Source: an uncultured Clostridia bacterium
Lineage (GTDB): Bacteria > Bacillota > Clostridia > Oscillospirales > Acutalibacteraceae
Length of the DNA: 64,000 bases
NCBI GenBank assembly: GCA_947170465.1
Contig: CAMVTS010000001.1
Span: forward strand, 3,664 to 67,663
Reading direction: 5' to 3'
Shown here: piece after piece, positions 63,466 through 64,000 of the stretch
How positions within the stretch are numbered: the stretch's first letter is position 1
Layout: each line of letters opens with the position of its first letter
Translations under genes and position numbers: made by a program
Notes under the pieces: model-generated
The model's database searches: none
The model's input: only the letters and a program-made list of their open reading frames with translations
Told to the model about the DNA's origin: nothing

Positions 63466-64000
63466 ATGTCTGAATTTTCAGTACCCTTATCTCAAATAGT
63501 GGACAGTCTCGGATTGGAAAAGGTTTATGTAGCGGATAATTATGAGCAAACGAACATTTCCACGGTGGAAATCAACCGGCCCGGTCTGGAGCTGACGGGA
63601 TATTTTGAGTTTTTCGACAATAAGCGCATCCAGGTGCTCGGCAACACGGAGTTCGCGTATCTCGGACGCTTCGGCTCCGAGGCGCAGAAGATGGTAATCG
63701 AATCCATTTTCAGCTTCGGACCGCCGGCTGTGATAATCTGCCGCCAGATTGAGCCGACCAATGTGATACTTGAGAGCGCCAAGCTCCACAAGGTGTCCAT
63801 CTTTGCGACAGATGAAAACACATCTGATTTGACGGCGCGTCTGGTACAATTTCTCAACCGCGAGCTGGCGCCGCGTATTACGCGCCACGGCGTACTGGTC
63901 GAGGTCTACGGCGAGGGCTGTCTGCTGACCGGCGACAGCGGCGTCGGTAAGAGCGAAACTGCCATCGAGCTGATTAAGCGCGGACACCGTCTTGTCGCGG
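63466..64000 (+). CDS. hprK: HPr kinase/phosphorylase, 3' end cut by window edge
   Basis: Not in the track because there is no stop. My translation: MSEFSVPLSQIVDSLGLEKVYV...HGVLVEVYGEGCLLTGDSGVGKSETAIELIKRGHRLVA. Confidence 0.9.
   Translation, partial: MSEFSVPLSQIVDSLGLEKVYVADNYEQTNISTVEINRPGLELTGYFEFFDNKRIQVLGNTEFAYLGRFGSEAQKMVIESIFSFGPPAVIICRQIEPTNVILESAKLHKVSIFATDENTSDLTARLVQFLNRELAPRITRHGVLVEVYGEGCLLTGDSGVGKSETAIELIKRGHRLVA

Overview
This 64-kb window comes from a high-GC, endospore-forming Clostridia-type Firmicute. Evidence for sporulation: spoVM, a sipL-like gene, spoIVA, a gerA-type operon, a DUF421/DUF4363 pair and hprK. Dockerin and cohesin-like modules suggest a Ruminococcaceae/Oscillospiraceae-like organism with cellulosome- or amylosome-style surface assembly. 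All GC statements are by-eye impressions; nothing was computed.

The window has two parts.

(1) Positions ~3.3-24.97 kb are a visibly AT-richer, ~21.7-kb integrated mobilizable element. Its mobility genes are a large serine recombinase, a TnpW-like micro-ORF, a MobA/VirD2 relaxase overlapping MobC, a palindrome-dense oriT-like spacer, a DUF927/SF3-helicase-like P-loop protein and a sigma-70-family factor. Its cargo is two minus-strand transport operons:
- a micropeptide / YtxH-like protein / P1B-ATPase with an SCA motif;
- a tightly packed 9-gene operon: MptD-type ECF transporter, AraC regulator, esterase, ABC exporter-fold pair, methyltransferase and ZIP transporter.
Both operons sit behind the same ~90-bp promoter / stem-loop / GTTAGC-palindrome module.

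(2) The flanks are core chromosome. They include a LysR-controlled FabF/acyl-CoA-ligase/thioesterase cassette, a dockerin-fused family-5 solute-binding protein and reverse rubrerythrin. They also include rRNA methyltransferases, a yybP-ykoY (Mn2+) riboswitch ahead of a P2-type ATPase, ppa, and an ECF sigma with a beta-propeller anti-sigma-like protein. Further on are a three-cohesin/one-dockerin scaffoldin wedged between spoVM and sipL-spoIVA, oadGB, a Wzz/BY-kinase pair and secDF.

No rRNA, tRNA, CRISPR array or phage structural gene was seen. The ORF track uses the longest ORF and accepts ATG, GTG and TTG starts. Several starts were therefore moved downstream to RBS-supported codons. Many long ORFs antisense to well-supported genes were rejected as high-GC shadow frames.
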